A DNA stretch of 63,245 nucleotides, the filler included, from Candidatus Zapsychrus exili (GTDB lineage: Bacteria > Omnitrophota > Gorgyraeia > Zapsychrales > Zapsychraceae): assembly GCA_030765585.1 (NCBI GenBank). It is 8 parts of 8 records of this genome, joined end to end, with 100 filler letters (N's around TTAATTAATTAA, not from the genome) between each part and the next. Parts side by side here need not be neighbours in the genome. Positions count along the whole stretch, not along the records: positions 29,292 to 46,141 come from JAVCCJ010000048.1; positions 46,242 to 53,405 come from JAVCCJ010000096.1; 6 more parts are not named here. One strand, 5' to 3'. Below are positions 42,351-52,009 of this stretch, in pieces. How positions within the stretch are numbered: position 1 is the first letter of the stretch; every line of letters starts with the position of its first letter. The notes under the pieces were generated by a model. That model made no database searches, was not told where the DNA came from, and was given only the letters and a program-made list of their open reading frames with translations. The position numbers and the translations under genes are program-made.

Positions 42351-44463
42351 GAAATTCAGCAGTTTTAAGAATACGTTTTTAAAGATTCTTCCAGTGATTT
42401 TGATTATTACTATTGGAATCATTACTTATGGAGGAACGCTTCATAATACATTTCAGTTTGATGATGAATTTTTTGTGGTAAAAAATCCTGTAATTCGCCA
42501 CATTACTGATTTTAAAAGTATATTGGAATATGATTCATTAAGATTTGTGGGATATCTTTCTTTTGCGGCCAATTATCATTTTCATCAATTAAGAGTCGAG
42601 GGGTATCACGTTGTAAACATTATTATTCATATATTGGCAGCTATTTGTGCGTATTGGATTTCTATCTCCATACTTTTATCGCCTATTATGAAAAAAGAGA
42701 GGATATCAGGCTATAAGTATTTAATAGCAGCTTTTATTGGTCTTATTTTTGTATCACATCCAGTTCAAACGCAGGCCGTGACTTATATTTGGCAGAGAGT
42801 AGCTTCTATGGCCACACTTTTTTATCTTCTCTCATTGGGGCTGTACCTTAAAGCAAGATTATCTAAAAATAATAAAATATTTTTCGCACTTTCTGCAATA
42901 GTTGCTTTGCTTGCAATGTTTACAAAGCAGATGACTTTTACTTTGCCTTTTGTTGCTTTATTGTGCGAGATATTCTTTTTTAATTTTAACATAAAAACTC
43001 TTTGGAAGAAAACTAAGTATAAATGGATATGGATTGTTCTGCTTATTATATTCATTGGTATTATTCCCTACCTAAGTAAAGACGCCATTCATTATAAATA
43101 TACGACTCCCGATAAGTCCGAATCTTTTGACGGAGAGTTTACAACAGGTAAAAACTTTCTTATATCGCAGTTTAAGGTAATGTGGATATATTTAAGATTG
43201 TTAGTTGTCCCTATAAGACAAAATCTTGACTACGAGGTTCATGTTGCTAAAAGTTTCTTTGAGCCCAAGGTGCTTTCTGGATTCTTGTTTCTTTGTTTTC
43301 TGTTTTTTTCTGTTTTTAAACTTTTTAAGAAATATCGCCTAGCTTCTTTTGGTATACTGTTTTTTCTTTTGGCAATATCTATCGAGGCAGGGGCTGTTCC
43401 AATAGATTGTTTAATATATGAACACAGGCTGTATCTTCCAATGGCCGGGTATAGCATATTTCTTGTAAGTTCGTTGTTCTATTTAATTACAAAAAAGTCT
43501 TTAAAGACATTCGTGTTGATTGTAATCAGTATTATTATCGCCTTTTCAATATTAACAATTAGAAGAAACAAAGTCTGGACGAATAACTTTACGCTTTGGG
43601 ATGATGTTATTAAAAAGTCTCCAACAAAAATGAGAGCCTATAATAACAGAGGTAAGGCTTATGCAGAAATGGGTATGCAGGCGAAATCTGTTGAAGATTT
43701 TTCTAAGGCAATATCCCTTGAGCCCGACAGATGGCTTTTATATATTAATCGAGGAGTGTCTTTGGAAAATCTTGGTAAATATTCTGAGGCGATGAAGGAT
43801 TATGAAGTGGCTTTAAAGAACGGTAACGATTCTTTTGCCTATAATAGCCGAGCACATCTTTATATGAGAATGCGCGTATGGAGCAAGGCAATCAAAGACT
43901 ATACAAAAGCTATTGAAATAAATCCAAATAATTTACAAGGTTTTATAAATAGGGCAATTGCTTATGTTCAGTTAAAGAAATACGATGAGGCTATAGAAGG
44001 TTTTTCAGAAGCCATAAGACTAGACCCATATTATGTCGAAGCGTATAATAATAGAGCCGATACTTATTCTAAAAAAGGAGATATCAATAGCGCGATAAAT
44101 GATTTTAATAAAGCCATAAGCATTAATCCTAATAATTTAAGGATAAGATATAATCGAGGTCTGACACTTGTAGAAGCTAAGAAGTATAAAGATGCTATAA
44201 ATGATTTTACGCATATTTTAAATATAGTTCCTGATTATATAAAAGGATATACTTCTCGAGGAGTTGCGTATTTCAGTTTAGGAGATATCCAAAATGCGCT
44301 TAAAGATTTTGATAAGGTTTTAGAGCTTGACGATAAAAGAGGTGGTGGATATTTTAACAGAGGGGTTTTGTATTTAAAAGTAGGAGAGCGTCAGAAAGCA
44401 TTAGAGGATTTTACTAAAGCGCGCAAGTTAGGATTTCCTGTAGATAATAGTTATTTACAATAG
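42337..44463 (+). CDS. TMTC-like GT-C glycosyltransferase with TPR array
   Basis: FDD motif, HPVQTQAVTYIWQR, EHRLYLP, TPRs; close paralogue of 4421..6766. Confidence 0.87.
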   Translation: MLKTKKFSSFKNTFLKILPVILIITIGIITYGGTLHNTFQFDDEFFVVKNPVIRHITDFKSILEYDSLRFVGYLSFAANYHFHQLRVEGYHVVNIIIHILAAICAYWISISILLSPIMKKERISGYKYLIAAFIGLIFVSHPVQTQAVTYIWQRVASMATLFYLLSLGLYLKARLSKNNKIFFALSAIVALLAMFTKQMTFTLPFVALLCEIFFFNFNIKTLWKKTKYKWIWIVLLIIFIGIIPYLSKDAIHYKYTTPDKSESFDGEFTTGKNFLISQFKVMWIYLRLLVVPIRQNLDYEVHVAKSFFEPKVLSGFLFLCFLFFSVFKLFKKYRLASFGILFFLLAISIEAGAVPIDCLIYEHRLYLPMAGYSIFLVSSLFYLITKKSLKTFVLIVISIIIAFSILTIRRNKVWTNNFTLWDDVIKKSPTKMRAYNNRGKAYAEMGMQAKSVEDFSKAISLEPDRWLLYINRGVSLENLGKYSEAMKDYEVALKNGNDSFAYNSRAHLYMRMRVWSKAIKDYTKAIEINPNNLQGFINRAIAYVQLKKYDEAIEGFSEAIRLDPYYVEAYNNRADTYSKKGDINSAINDFNKAISINPNNLRIRYNRGLTLVEAKKYKDAINDFTHILNIVPDYIKGYTSRGVAYFSLGDIQNALKDFDKVLELDDKRGGGYFNRGVLYLKVGERQKALEDFTKARKLGFPVDNSYLQ

Positions 44464-44738
44464 ATATCTGCCTCTTTTATAGAGATTTATTTGGTTGACA
44501 AAATGTTGAAACTTATGCATACTTTTATTTGAAATAAATGAGGGATTAGCGAAGTAAAATAGTAAGAATAAAATTGATTTACATACTCTAGAGGCGCCAA
44601 ATAATGTTAGTATTTGCTTATACGACAAATTTTGTGGTGCCAGGCACCACTTATAAATATAAAATAGGGGCGGGGCATTTTTAGGGCTTTGCCCCTATTT
44701 TTTGGATTCGGTAATTTTACAATAATGGAAAGGCATAG

Positions 44739-45506
44739 ATGAAACTTTTAAAAGAATTGATTGTATTTGACCTTGAGACAACAGGCATTTGGGTAGAAAA
44801 AGATAAGATCGTTGAAATAGCAATGATAAAATGTTTGCCAAATGGTGAGAGAGTTACTTATGTAAAGCGCGTTAATCCAGAAATGCCTATTCCAAGAAAT
44901 GTTTCTGAGCTTATTGGTATAACTAATGAAGACGTTAAAGACGCTCCTGTATTTAAACAAATAGCTAAAGAGATTGTAGATTTTATAGGAGATTCTGATT
45001 TTTCAGGTTTTAATGTAGAAAGATTCGACTTACCTGTACTTTGTCGTGAGCTTTCAACTGCAGGATATAACCTAGAATTAAAGACAAGTCGAATTTATGA
45101 TGCGCAAAAGATTTTTCATGTAAATGAAAAAAGAGATTTGACCGCAGCATATAAATTTTATTGTGCAAAAGATTTAAAGAATGCACATTCTGCATTAGCT
45201 GATACAGAGGCAACGTTGCAGATACTTTCTTCTCAATTAGAAAAATATGGCGAAGATGATGATTTACAATCATTAGATAAATTTGATTATAAAAATAATA
45301 TTGAATTTTTTGATGATTCAAGAAAATTTAGATGGTGGAATGGTAAGCTATATATGATGTTTGGTAAATATGCAAAAAGATATAGCTTAGAGGAGCTTGT
45401 TAAAAAAGACCAAGGATATCTTGAGTGGATTCTATCAGCAAATTTTAGCGAAGAAGTGAAAGATCTTATTGAAGATGCTATAAGAGGAAAATTTCCAAAA
45501 CAGTAG
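44739..45506 (+). CDS. DEDDh 3'-5' exonuclease (DnaQ/epsilon-like)
   Basis: FDLETTG, GFNVERFDLP, HSALAD; C-terminal FGKY..YLEW motif. Confidence 0.92.
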   Translation: MKLLKELIVFDLETTGIWVEKDKIVEIAMIKCLPNGERVTYVKRVNPEMPIPRNVSELIGITNEDVKDAPVFKQIAKEIVDFIGDSDFSGFNVERFDLPVLCRELSTAGYNLELKTSRIYDAQKIFHVNEKRDLTAAYKFYCAKDLKNAHSALADTEATLQILSSQLEKYGEDDDLQSLDKFDYKNNIEFFDDSRKFRWWNGKLYMMFGKYAKRYSLEELVKKDQGYLEWILSANFSEEVKDLIEDAIRGKFPKQ

Positions 45507-45557
45507 GGGCGTGGTTTCCGCGCCCGAAATTAATAGGCTGGGTAACCCAGCCCCTAC
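45503..45557. repeat. GTAG-type REPIN overlapping the exonuclease stop codon
   Basis: GTAGGGGCGTGGTTTCCGCGCCC..GGCTGGGTAACCCAGCCCCTAC. Confidence 0.85.
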
Positions 45558-45567
45558 AGGAGACTAG

Positions 45568-46141
45568 ATGAAAGTAACCTTAGTAATACCAACTTTAAAT
45601 GAAATAGAAGGCATGAAGGTTATAATGCCTCAAATAAAACCAGAATGGTATGATCAGTTGATTGTGATAGACGGACAATCCACTGATGGTACGGTTGAGT
45701 GGGCGAGAGAGCAAGGCTATGAAGTAGTCATTCAACAGAAAAAAGGAATGCGAAATGCTTATATGGAGGTTTTGCCTCATGTAACAGGGGACGTTATTTT
45801 AACCTTTAGCCCAGATGGAAATTCTGTTTCCGAGCTTATCCCAGCATGTATAGATAAAATGAAAGAAGGAAACGATATGGTTATTGTTTCCAGATATGCT
45901 AAAGGTGCTAAAAGCGATGATGATGATCTTATAACTGCATTTGGCAATTTTATGTTTACAAAAGTATTGATAAATTTTCTTCATGGTGCAAAGTATACTG
46001 ACGCTATGGTCATTTATCGTGCATATAAAAAGCAATTGATTTATGATCTTGGACTTGATAAAGACAGTGCTTATGAAAAAGAAGAAAAGCTATTTAATAC
46101 GAACGTAAGTTGGGAACCATTGCTGTCTATTCGAGCAGCTA
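45568..46141 (+). CDS. GT2 glycosyltransferase (DPM1-like), 3' truncated
   Basis: VIPTLNE, IDGQSTDGT, SPDG, VIVSRY. Confidence 0.88.
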
Positions 46142-46241
46142 NNNNNNNNNNNNNNNNNNNNNNNNNNNNNNNNNNNNNNNNNNNNTTAATTAATTAANNN
46201 NNNNNNNNNNNNNNNNNNNNNNNNNNNNNNNNNNNNNNNNN
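46142..46241. other. Artificial contig linker
   Basis: N44-TTAATTAATTAA-N44. Confidence 0.99.
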
Positions 46242-46243
46242 AA

Positions 46244-47026
46244 ATGGATATGATTGATTTAGAAAACACTAAGTTTACTTTTTATGGTGATTTACTTGGA
46301 ACAGCAAAACTTTACAATATAAATGAACAATTGGCCAAGAGAAAATTGGACAATTTTTATGATATAGTTTTTAATAAATTTAAGACAATCGAAAGTGAAG
46401 AAGGAATTAAGGGATGGCTTTTTAGCGATTCTTTTTTTGTAACAGGGACAAAATTACGTAAAGCAATAGAAATTATAGGTGCAATATATTATAGTCTTTT
46501 TCATGAAGATATCTATTTAAGAGGAGCAATTGTCGGAGGGGAACTAGAGTTTGACCCTAAAATAGAATTAAGTAATTTAACAAAACAGCTCCCCAAAACC
46601 GATGTTTTATTTAGAGCTGTTACCTTGGAAAAGAGTGTAAAGGGGATTAGATTTGTAATAGAAAAGAATTTAGCAATAAGGATGCTTCCTAAAGAATGGC
46701 TGACAGATGACTTATACAAAAACAATGTAACGCTGGAAGGGTATGGAAAATATGATTTCAGAAGAAAAATTGTTTTATCTTCCGAATGGCACGCCTATGA
46801 GTACCTTTGGTCTTTCCATTTGAACCCTTCAGAGCTTTTTAGTGATGGAGTGGCGAAGTTTATACGTAGACTAAATATAAGTCCCTACGAGGTAATAGAA
46901 GAAAAGTTGTTACAAGTACCAAAGGATGTAAGGATTCATTTGGAAGAAACTAAAGGATTACTTAAAAGATCTTCGCTTAGATTTGTTATTACCGACAACG
47001 CTTTAAACTTATTCAACAGACAATAA
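46244..47026 (+). CDS. Class III nucleotidyl cyclase-like protein
   Basis: YGDLLGT (first Asp), FSDSF (second Asp), LRGAIVGG, VLFRAVTLEK, RFVI. Confidence 0.65.
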   Translation: MDMIDLENTKFTFYGDLLGTAKLYNINEQLAKRKLDNFYDIVFNKFKTIESEEGIKGWLFSDSFFVTGTKLRKAIEIIGAIYYSLFHEDIYLRGAIVGGELEFDPKIELSNLTKQLPKTDVLFRAVTLEKSVKGIRFVIEKNLAIRMLPKEWLTDDLYKNNVTLEGYGKYDFRRKIVLSSEWHAYEYLWSFHLNPSELFSDGVAKFIRRLNISPYEVIEEKLLQVPKDVRIHLEETKGLLKRSSLRFVITDNALNLFNRQ

Positions 47027-47063
47027 GTTATAATAGATATTATTATTAATTATAAGCTTAACG

Positions 47064-47086
47064 AACTCGTCCTTAAAGGCGAGCCA
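47064..47086 (+). repeat. att-like cassette boundary site 1
   Basis: AACTCGTCCTTAAAGGCGAGCCA followed by AACCCTCT..AGAGGG hairpin (47097-47130). Confidence 0.85.
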
Positions 47087-47170
47087 ATATGCGGGAAACC
47101 CTCTCGTCAAATTTTTTTGATGCAGAGGGCTTTTTACTTGTGATATAATATTTTTTAGGAGGGAAAGATA

Positions 47171-47491
47171 ATGAATATAGGAGTTGTCATTTCAAATAAT
47201 GATGTTGAAACCTGCTGGAACGCTCTTCGATATGCTAATTTTTGCTTATCCCAGAAAGATGAAGTTAAAGTTTTCTTTATGGGTAAAGGAGTAGAATACC
47301 AAAAGGTTAGCACGGAGAAGTTTAATACAGTTGAACAAGCAGAGAAACTGATGCAGGCTGGAGGCAAAATACATGCCTGTGGTAGTTGTATTAAATCAAG
47401 AGACCAAGATGGTTCTGAAATGTGCCCTATTTCTACAATGAAAGATATGTATGATATAGTGAAAGAAAGCGATAAGGTTGTTACCTTTTAA
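47171..47491 (+). CDS. DsrE-family protein
   Basis: WNALRYAN, VKVFFMGKGVE, ACGSCIKSR, CPISTM, SDKVVTF. Confidence 0.88.
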   Translation: MNIGVVISNNDVETCWNALRYANFCLSQKDEVKVFFMGKGVEYQKVSTEKFNTVEQAEKLMQAGGKIHACGSCIKSRDQDGSEMCPISTMKDMYDIVKESDKVVTF

Positions 47492-47547
47492 GGCTCAGTT
47501 GCAACAAGCCGCTTTTGTCCGTGAGCCGTTCTTTTAATTCTAAAGGT

Positions 47548-47595
47548 AAACTCATCCCTGAATGTAGCTTGATGAGTGAACGTATCGGGGAGCCA
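47548..47595 (+). repeat. att-like cassette boundary site 2 (24 nt longer)
   Basis: AAACTCATCC-N29-GGGGAGCCA followed by AAACCCCTTGTAACT..AGTTGCAAGGGGTTT hairpin (47602-47636). Confidence 0.7.
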
Positions 47596-47684
47596 TCGTC
47601 GAAACCCCTTGTAACTAAATAAGTTGCAAGGGGTTTTTGTTTGAGATATAATAAAAAATAAAGTTGGAAAGAGGGGGATAAGTT

Positions 47685-47957
47685 ATGAATTGGAAAATAT
47701 TTCTAGCAACATTTACGGCAGTATTCTTTGCAGAACTTGCAGATAAAACTCAATTCGTAGGGCTTGGAATGTCCGCCAAGTCAGGAAAACCATTAACGGT
47801 CTGGGTTGGTTCTATTTCAGCTTATATCATTGTTACTGCTGTTACAGTTCTAATCGGGGCAACTTTAGGGAAGTATATTAAGCCAGAATTGATAAAATAT
47901 TGTGGAGCATCATTATTTATAATAATGGGTATATTGATGTTTTTAGGAAAAGTTTAA
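47685..47957 (+). CDS. TMEM165/GDT1 (UPF0016) half-size cation transporter
   Basis: VFFAELADKTQF (E-phi-G/A-DKTQ motif), three TMs. Confidence 0.9.
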   Translation: MNWKIFLATFTAVFFAELADKTQFVGLGMSAKSGKPLTVWVGSISAYIIVTAVTVLIGATLGKYIKPELIKYCGASLFIIMGILMFLGKV

Positions 47958-48024
47958 CTAATCCCCAGCTCTTTATATATAATAATATTATATATTGTTA
48001 TTAATATTAATTATAAGCTCGACA

Positions 48025-48047
48025 AATTCGTCCTTAAAGGCGAGCCA
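48025..48047 (+). repeat. att-like cassette boundary site 3
   Basis: AATTCGTCCTTAAAGGCGAGCCA; upstream TATTAATTATAAGCT shared with site 1. Confidence 0.85.
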
Positions 48048-48121
48048 ATATTTGTAACTCGTTGTAATTTAATAAGTTACAACATAAAGAGTCTATCTAT
48101 TTTAGGTAGACTCTTTTTTTG

Positions 48122-48171
48122 TTGACCAAAAACTGGAGACGTGTTATATTATTATGCACATATGTGCATAA
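48122..48171 (+). promoter_or_regulatory. sigma70 promoter with palindromic operator
   Basis: TTGACC-17 bp-TATATT, then TTATGCAC-ATAT-GTGCATAA. Confidence 0.65.
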
Positions 48172-48186
48172 CTAAGGAATTGTTAG

Positions 48187-48480
48187 ATGAGACCCAAGAA
48201 AACACGATGGATTAAATGTAAGCCAGACGAAAGATGTTTCAGACCTAAATGCAAGCCTGTAAAGCAGCTTGAAGGCGTAACTGTATCTCTTGATGAATTT
48301 GAAGCTATCAGGCTGGCTGATTTAGAAGGACTTACGCAGGAACAGATTGCTAAAATGATGAAAGTGCATCGCTCTACTGTTGCAAGGATGCTTCAATCTG
48401 CACATCTAAAAGTTGCTGATGCATTGGTAAATATTAAGGCAATTAAAATTGAAGGTGGTTGTTGTAAGTCAGAGGAGTAA
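48187..48480 (+). CDS. DUF134 HTH DNA-binding protein
   Basis: MRPKKTR, DEFEAIRLADLEGLTQEQ, VHRSTVAR, IKIEGG. Confidence 0.9.
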   Translation: MRPKKTRWIKCKPDERCFRPKCKPVKQLEGVTVSLDEFEAIRLADLEGLTQEQIAKMMKVHRSTVARMLQSAHLKVADALVNIKAIKIEGGCCKSEE

Positions 48481-48486
48481 TTTATC

Positions 48487-49659
48487 ATGAAAAAACATCT
48501 CAAGTCATTTTTTATAATAGCTGGTTTTATTTTGTGTTACTTCCTGCCGCTAAAGCAAATAAACTTGTCTGGTCCGTTATTTGAATCTTTGGCGTTAGTC
48601 AAGTGGTATGCGAGAGAGCATGTCCTTTTATGCCTTGTTCCTGCGTTCTTTATCGCAGGAGCAATATCAATCTTTGTTAGCCAAGCATCTGTTGTTAAAT
48701 ACTTTGGTGCGAAAGCTAATAAGTTTTTAGCTTATAGTGTCGCTTCAATTTCTGGGACAATTCTTGCAGTATGCTCTTGCACAGTTTTGCCACTTTTTTC
48801 GGGTATATACAAAAGAGGGGCGGGAATAGGTCCTGCCACAGCATTTCTTTATTCAGGTCCTGCAATAAATGTTTTAGCAATAATAATGACAGCTCGTGTT
48901 CTTGGTTGGGAATTAGGAGTAGCAAGAGGAGTTGGAGCAATTGTTTTTAGCGTTATTATAGGTTTTTTAATGCATTTAATCTTTATCAAAGAAGAAAGGA
49001 ACAAGGATTCTGCCGCCGATTTAATTGTTGAAGAAGTTAAAGAAAACAGGTCTTTACTTCAAAATGGTTTATATTTCGCATCAATGGTAGCTTTTCTTGT
49101 TTTTGCAAATTGGGCTAAACCTCAAAGTGGAGAAATGGGTCTATGGAGTCTTATATTCAGCATGAAATGGTATCTATCAGGATTCTTGCTACTTAGTCTA
49201 AGTGCTATGCTGATGAAGTGGTTCAAAAAGGATGAGCTGAAGGGTTGGGTATCGGCTTCTATAGGGTTTGCTCACCAAATGCTACCCTTACTTCTAATCG
49301 GAGTCATAGTCGCTGGTGTTTTGTTAGGTCGCCCAGGAGAAGAAGGATTAATACCTTCATGGGTAATTGCAAAGTCTGTAGGCGGTAATTCTTTGTTGTC
49401 TAATTTCTTTGCTTCAATAGTCGGTGCTTTCATGTATTTTGCTACGCTTACAGAAGTCCCAATTTTACAGGGTCTCATAGGTTCTGGTATGGGAAAAGGT
49501 CCAGCATTGGCACTTTTATTAGCAGGACCAGCACTAAGTTTGCCCAACATGCTAGTTATTAGAGGTGTCCTGGGAACTCAAAAGACAGTAGTATATGTCA
49601 GCTTGGTAGTCATCATGGCTACTATAAGCGGTATTATTTTTGGAGTTATGGTTGGTTAA
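48487..49659 (+). CDS. ArsP/DUF318-family permease
   Basis: HVLLCLVPAFFIAGAI, AVCSCTVLPLF, FLYSGPAIN, YFATLTEVPI, LLAGPALSLP. Confidence 0.9.
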   Translation: MKKHLKSFFIIAGFILCYFLPLKQINLSGPLFESLALVKWYAREHVLLCLVPAFFIAGAISIFVSQASVVKYFGAKANKFLAYSVASISGTILAVCSCTVLPLFSGIYKRGAGIGPATAFLYSGPAINVLAIIMTARVLGWELGVARGVGAIVFSVIIGFLMHLIFIKEERNKDSAADLIVEEVKENRSLLQNGLYFASMVAFLVFANWAKPQSGEMGLWSLIFSMKWYLSGFLLLSLSAMLMKWFKKDELKGWVSASIGFAHQMLPLLLIGVIVAGVLLGRPGEEGLIPSWVIAKSVGGNSLLSNFFASIVGAFMYFATLTEVPILQGLIGSGMGKGPALALLLAGPALSLPNMLVIRGVLGTQKTVVYVSLVVIMATISGIIFGVMVG

Positions 49660-49674
49660 TGTTGGAGGTAAGGG

Positions 49675-49905
49675 ATGAAAATTGAGATTCTTGGAACGGG
49701 ATGTCCGAAATGTAAGCAATTGTATGAAAACACCAAATCAGCGGTTGAGCAAGCTGGCGTAGAAGCAGAAATAGTAAAGGTGGAGGATATATCTAAAATA
49801 ACGGATTATGCTGTTATGATGACCCCTGCTGTAGTTGTTGATGGTGTGGTTAAATCATCTGGTAAAGTATTATCGCCAGAAGAAATTAAAGCGTTTTTAC
49901 AATAA
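49675..49905 (+). CDS. Small redox-active disulfide protein (MTH895/ArsE-like thioredoxin)
   Basis: ILGTGCPKC, VMMTPAVVVDG. Confidence 0.92.
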   Translation: MKIEILGTGCPKCKQLYENTKSAVEQAGVEAEIVKVEDISKITDYAVMMTPAVVVDGVVKSSGKVLSPEEIKAFLQ

Positions 49906-49913
49906 AAATAGGA

Positions 49914-50336
49914 GTGTTAATTATGAAAGCGAAACTGACAGTTATAGCATTATACTTAGTTACATTGCTAAGTAGCCCTGCTACCTTTGCAGCGGAAGGC
50001 TCCAGCGTTGTTGCTACTTACTTTCATACAACATTTCGTTGTGTTTCTTGTCATAAAATTCAAAACTTCACTGAAGAAGCCTTGCGAAAAGGGTTCGCAA
50101 GGGAACTTGCCTCTGGAAGATTGAAGTATCGGGTTATAAATATAGAAGAACCAGGAAATGAGCATTATGTCCAAGATTATAGTTTATACACTAAATCAGT
50201 GGTTCTTTCTCTGCAAAAAGATGGTAAAGAAGTTGGGTTCAAGAACCTTGATAAAGTCTGGCAGCTTTTGAACGATAAGGATAAGTTTGTTTCGTATATT
50301 GAGAATGAAACAAAATCATTTTTAGATTCTAACTAA
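49914..50336 (+). CDS. ArsF-like exported thioredoxin-fold protein
   Basis: Signal peptide, YFHTTFRCVSC, N..EPGNEHY, KNLDKVW. Confidence 0.78.
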   Translation: MLIMKAKLTVIALYLVTLLSSPATFAAEGSSVVATYFHTTFRCVSCHKIQNFTEEALRKGFARELASGRLKYRVINIEEPGNEHYVQDYSLYTKSVVLSLQKDGKEVGFKNLDKVWQLLNDKDKFVSYIENETKSFLDSN

Positions 50337-50348
50337 CAGGAGTCTGTT

Positions 50349-51029
50349 ATGCTTGCATTAGTTTCGGCACTTTGGTTGGGGATATTAACATCTATCAGTC
50401 CATGTCCACTTGCATCAAATATAGCAGCTATTTCATTCCTTTCTAAAAAGATAAATCACCCTAAAGATGTAATGATGTCAGGGATTGCCTATACACTGGG
50501 CAGGGTCTTGACATATACAGTAATTGGTATTCTTATTATAACTTCTCTGGCAGGAGTGCCAGTCATAGCCAAGTTCCTTCAAAAATATATGAATATAATA
50601 CTTGGACCGCTACTTATAGTTGTAGGGTTGTTTCTCTTAGAGGTTTTTAAGTTTAGTTTTTCAGGACTTTCTTTATCACATGAGAAGCAGACTAAATTGG
50701 CCGATTCTGGTTTAAAAGGCGCTTTTGTTTTAGGTGTCGTTTTTGCTTTGTCATTCTGCCCAATTTCAGCTGGTCTTTTTTTTGGTAGTCTTATACCTTT
50801 GGCACTAAATAATAATTTTGGTGTTATTTTTCCAGTCATGTTTGGCATCGGAACAGGGTTACCCGTAATTTTATTTGCCCTGGCAGTAGCTTTTGGGTTT
50901 TTTGCTATATCACATCTATTTAAAAGACTGACAGAGATAGAAAAATATACAAGGAAAATTACAGGCGGTATTTTTGTTATAGTTGGAGCATATTTTATTT
51001 GGAACTATATTATTGTTCCCTTGCTATAA
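50349..51029 (+). CDS. ArsG-like / CcdA-DsbD-type membrane protein
   Basis: LGILTSISPCPLASNIAAI, YTLGR, ALSFCPISAGLFFG, GIGTGLP. Confidence 0.85.
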   Translation: MLALVSALWLGILTSISPCPLASNIAAISFLSKKINHPKDVMMSGIAYTLGRVLTYTVIGILIITSLAGVPVIAKFLQKYMNIILGPLLIVVGLFLLEVFKFSFSGLSLSHEKQTKLADSGLKGAFVLGVVFALSFCPISAGLFFGSLIPLALNNNFGVIFPVMFGIGTGLPVILFALAVAFGFFAISHLFKRLTEIEKYTRKITGGIFVIVGAYFIWNYIIVPLL

Positions 51030-51139
51030 TAGTAGAGTTCGGGATGAAATTAGAGATCTTGTAAACGATATGCCAGATAACTTGGTTAAGCAAGAATCAA
51101 CGACTCACTGAAGATTTGTTGAGTATTTTCCTCATTTAA

Positions 51140-51172
51140 CCAGTTGCGAAACTCATCCAATGCGGGGAGCCA
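51140..51172 (+). repeat. att-like cassette boundary site 4
   Basis: CCAGTTGCGAAACTCATCCAATGCGGGGAGCCA followed by AACCCTCTGT..GCAGAGGGTT hairpin (51183-51215). Confidence 0.85.
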
Positions 51173-51267
51173 TTGACTTCTTAACCCTCTGTGATAAAAT
51201 ATATTGCAGAGGGTTTTCGATTTCATTGTTACCGTTTTGAAATGGAAGTTGTATAGTTAAAAAACAA

Positions 51268-51744
51268 ATGAGCGTAATAGAAAAAGCTTTAGAACTTCTG
51301 AAATCAAGAGAATTTGTTGCAGTGGCTACGGCTGATAAAGGAGGAAAACCCAATTCTGCTCCTAAATTATTATTAAAAATAGATGGCGGAATAGTTTATT
51401 TTATCGATTACGGTATAGGTAGAACCGCTGACAATCTGAAAGTTAATCCAGAATTTTCTTTGTCATTTATTGATGTCAATTCTCTTTTTGGGTATAGGTT
51501 AAATGGCAAAGTGGAAATCATTGAAAAAGGCAAGATTTATGACGAGGGCCTAAAAAAGTTAAGGGGAAAAGAAACAAAGCTTACTGTAGAGCGTATTGTT
51601 GAAGGAGTGCACGTTGGTAAAGCACATAAAGACTTTGAACTGGGATTTTCTAATCGCTTGCTAATATATAAGGTTAAGATTGAAGAAGGTTGTGAGATAA
51701 GTCCTCGCGGTGTAATAAAACGGAAAAGCAGATTACGGATATAA
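51268..51744 (+). CDS. Pyridoxamine 5'-phosphate oxidase-like FMN-binding protein
   Basis: VATADKGGKPNSAPK, RTADNLKVNP, GYRLNG. Confidence 0.85.
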   Translation: MSVIEKALELLKSREFVAVATADKGGKPNSAPKLLLKIDGGIVYFIDYGIGRTADNLKVNPEFSLSFIDVNSLFGYRLNGKVEIIEKGKIYDEGLKKLRGKETKLTVERIVEGVHVGKAHKDFELGFSNRLLIYKVKIEEGCEISPRGVIKRKSRLRI

Positions 51745-51806
51745 CAAGACCTTTAGGTGATCATGGTAAGTTCTTGGTATTGTTTTTCGGTTTCTCCCAA
51801 ACACAG

Positions 51807-51839
51807 CCAGTTGCGAAACTCATCCTTAAAGGCGAGCCA
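51807..51839 (+). repeat. att-like cassette boundary site 5
   Basis: CCAGTTGCGAAACTCATCCTTAAAGGCGAGCCA followed by TAACTTATT..AATAAGTTA hairpin. Confidence 0.87.
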
Positions 51840-52009
51840 CTATTTCATAACTTATTTAATTACAATAAGTTATATGAAAGATTCTGTCTGTAATAAATCC
51901 CGAGCAAATTTTGCTTGGGATTTATTGTTTTAGGAAGCACAATACATTGGTTACAGTTCTCCGATTGGATTGAGAAACGGTCTGTAATGCTATATTGTAA
52001 AGGGGAAAA

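Noticed and set aside
44520..44700. Possible riboswitch upstream of the exonuclease
   Set aside because: Only short palindromes and a terminator-like hairpin; no aptamer consensus I can recognise.
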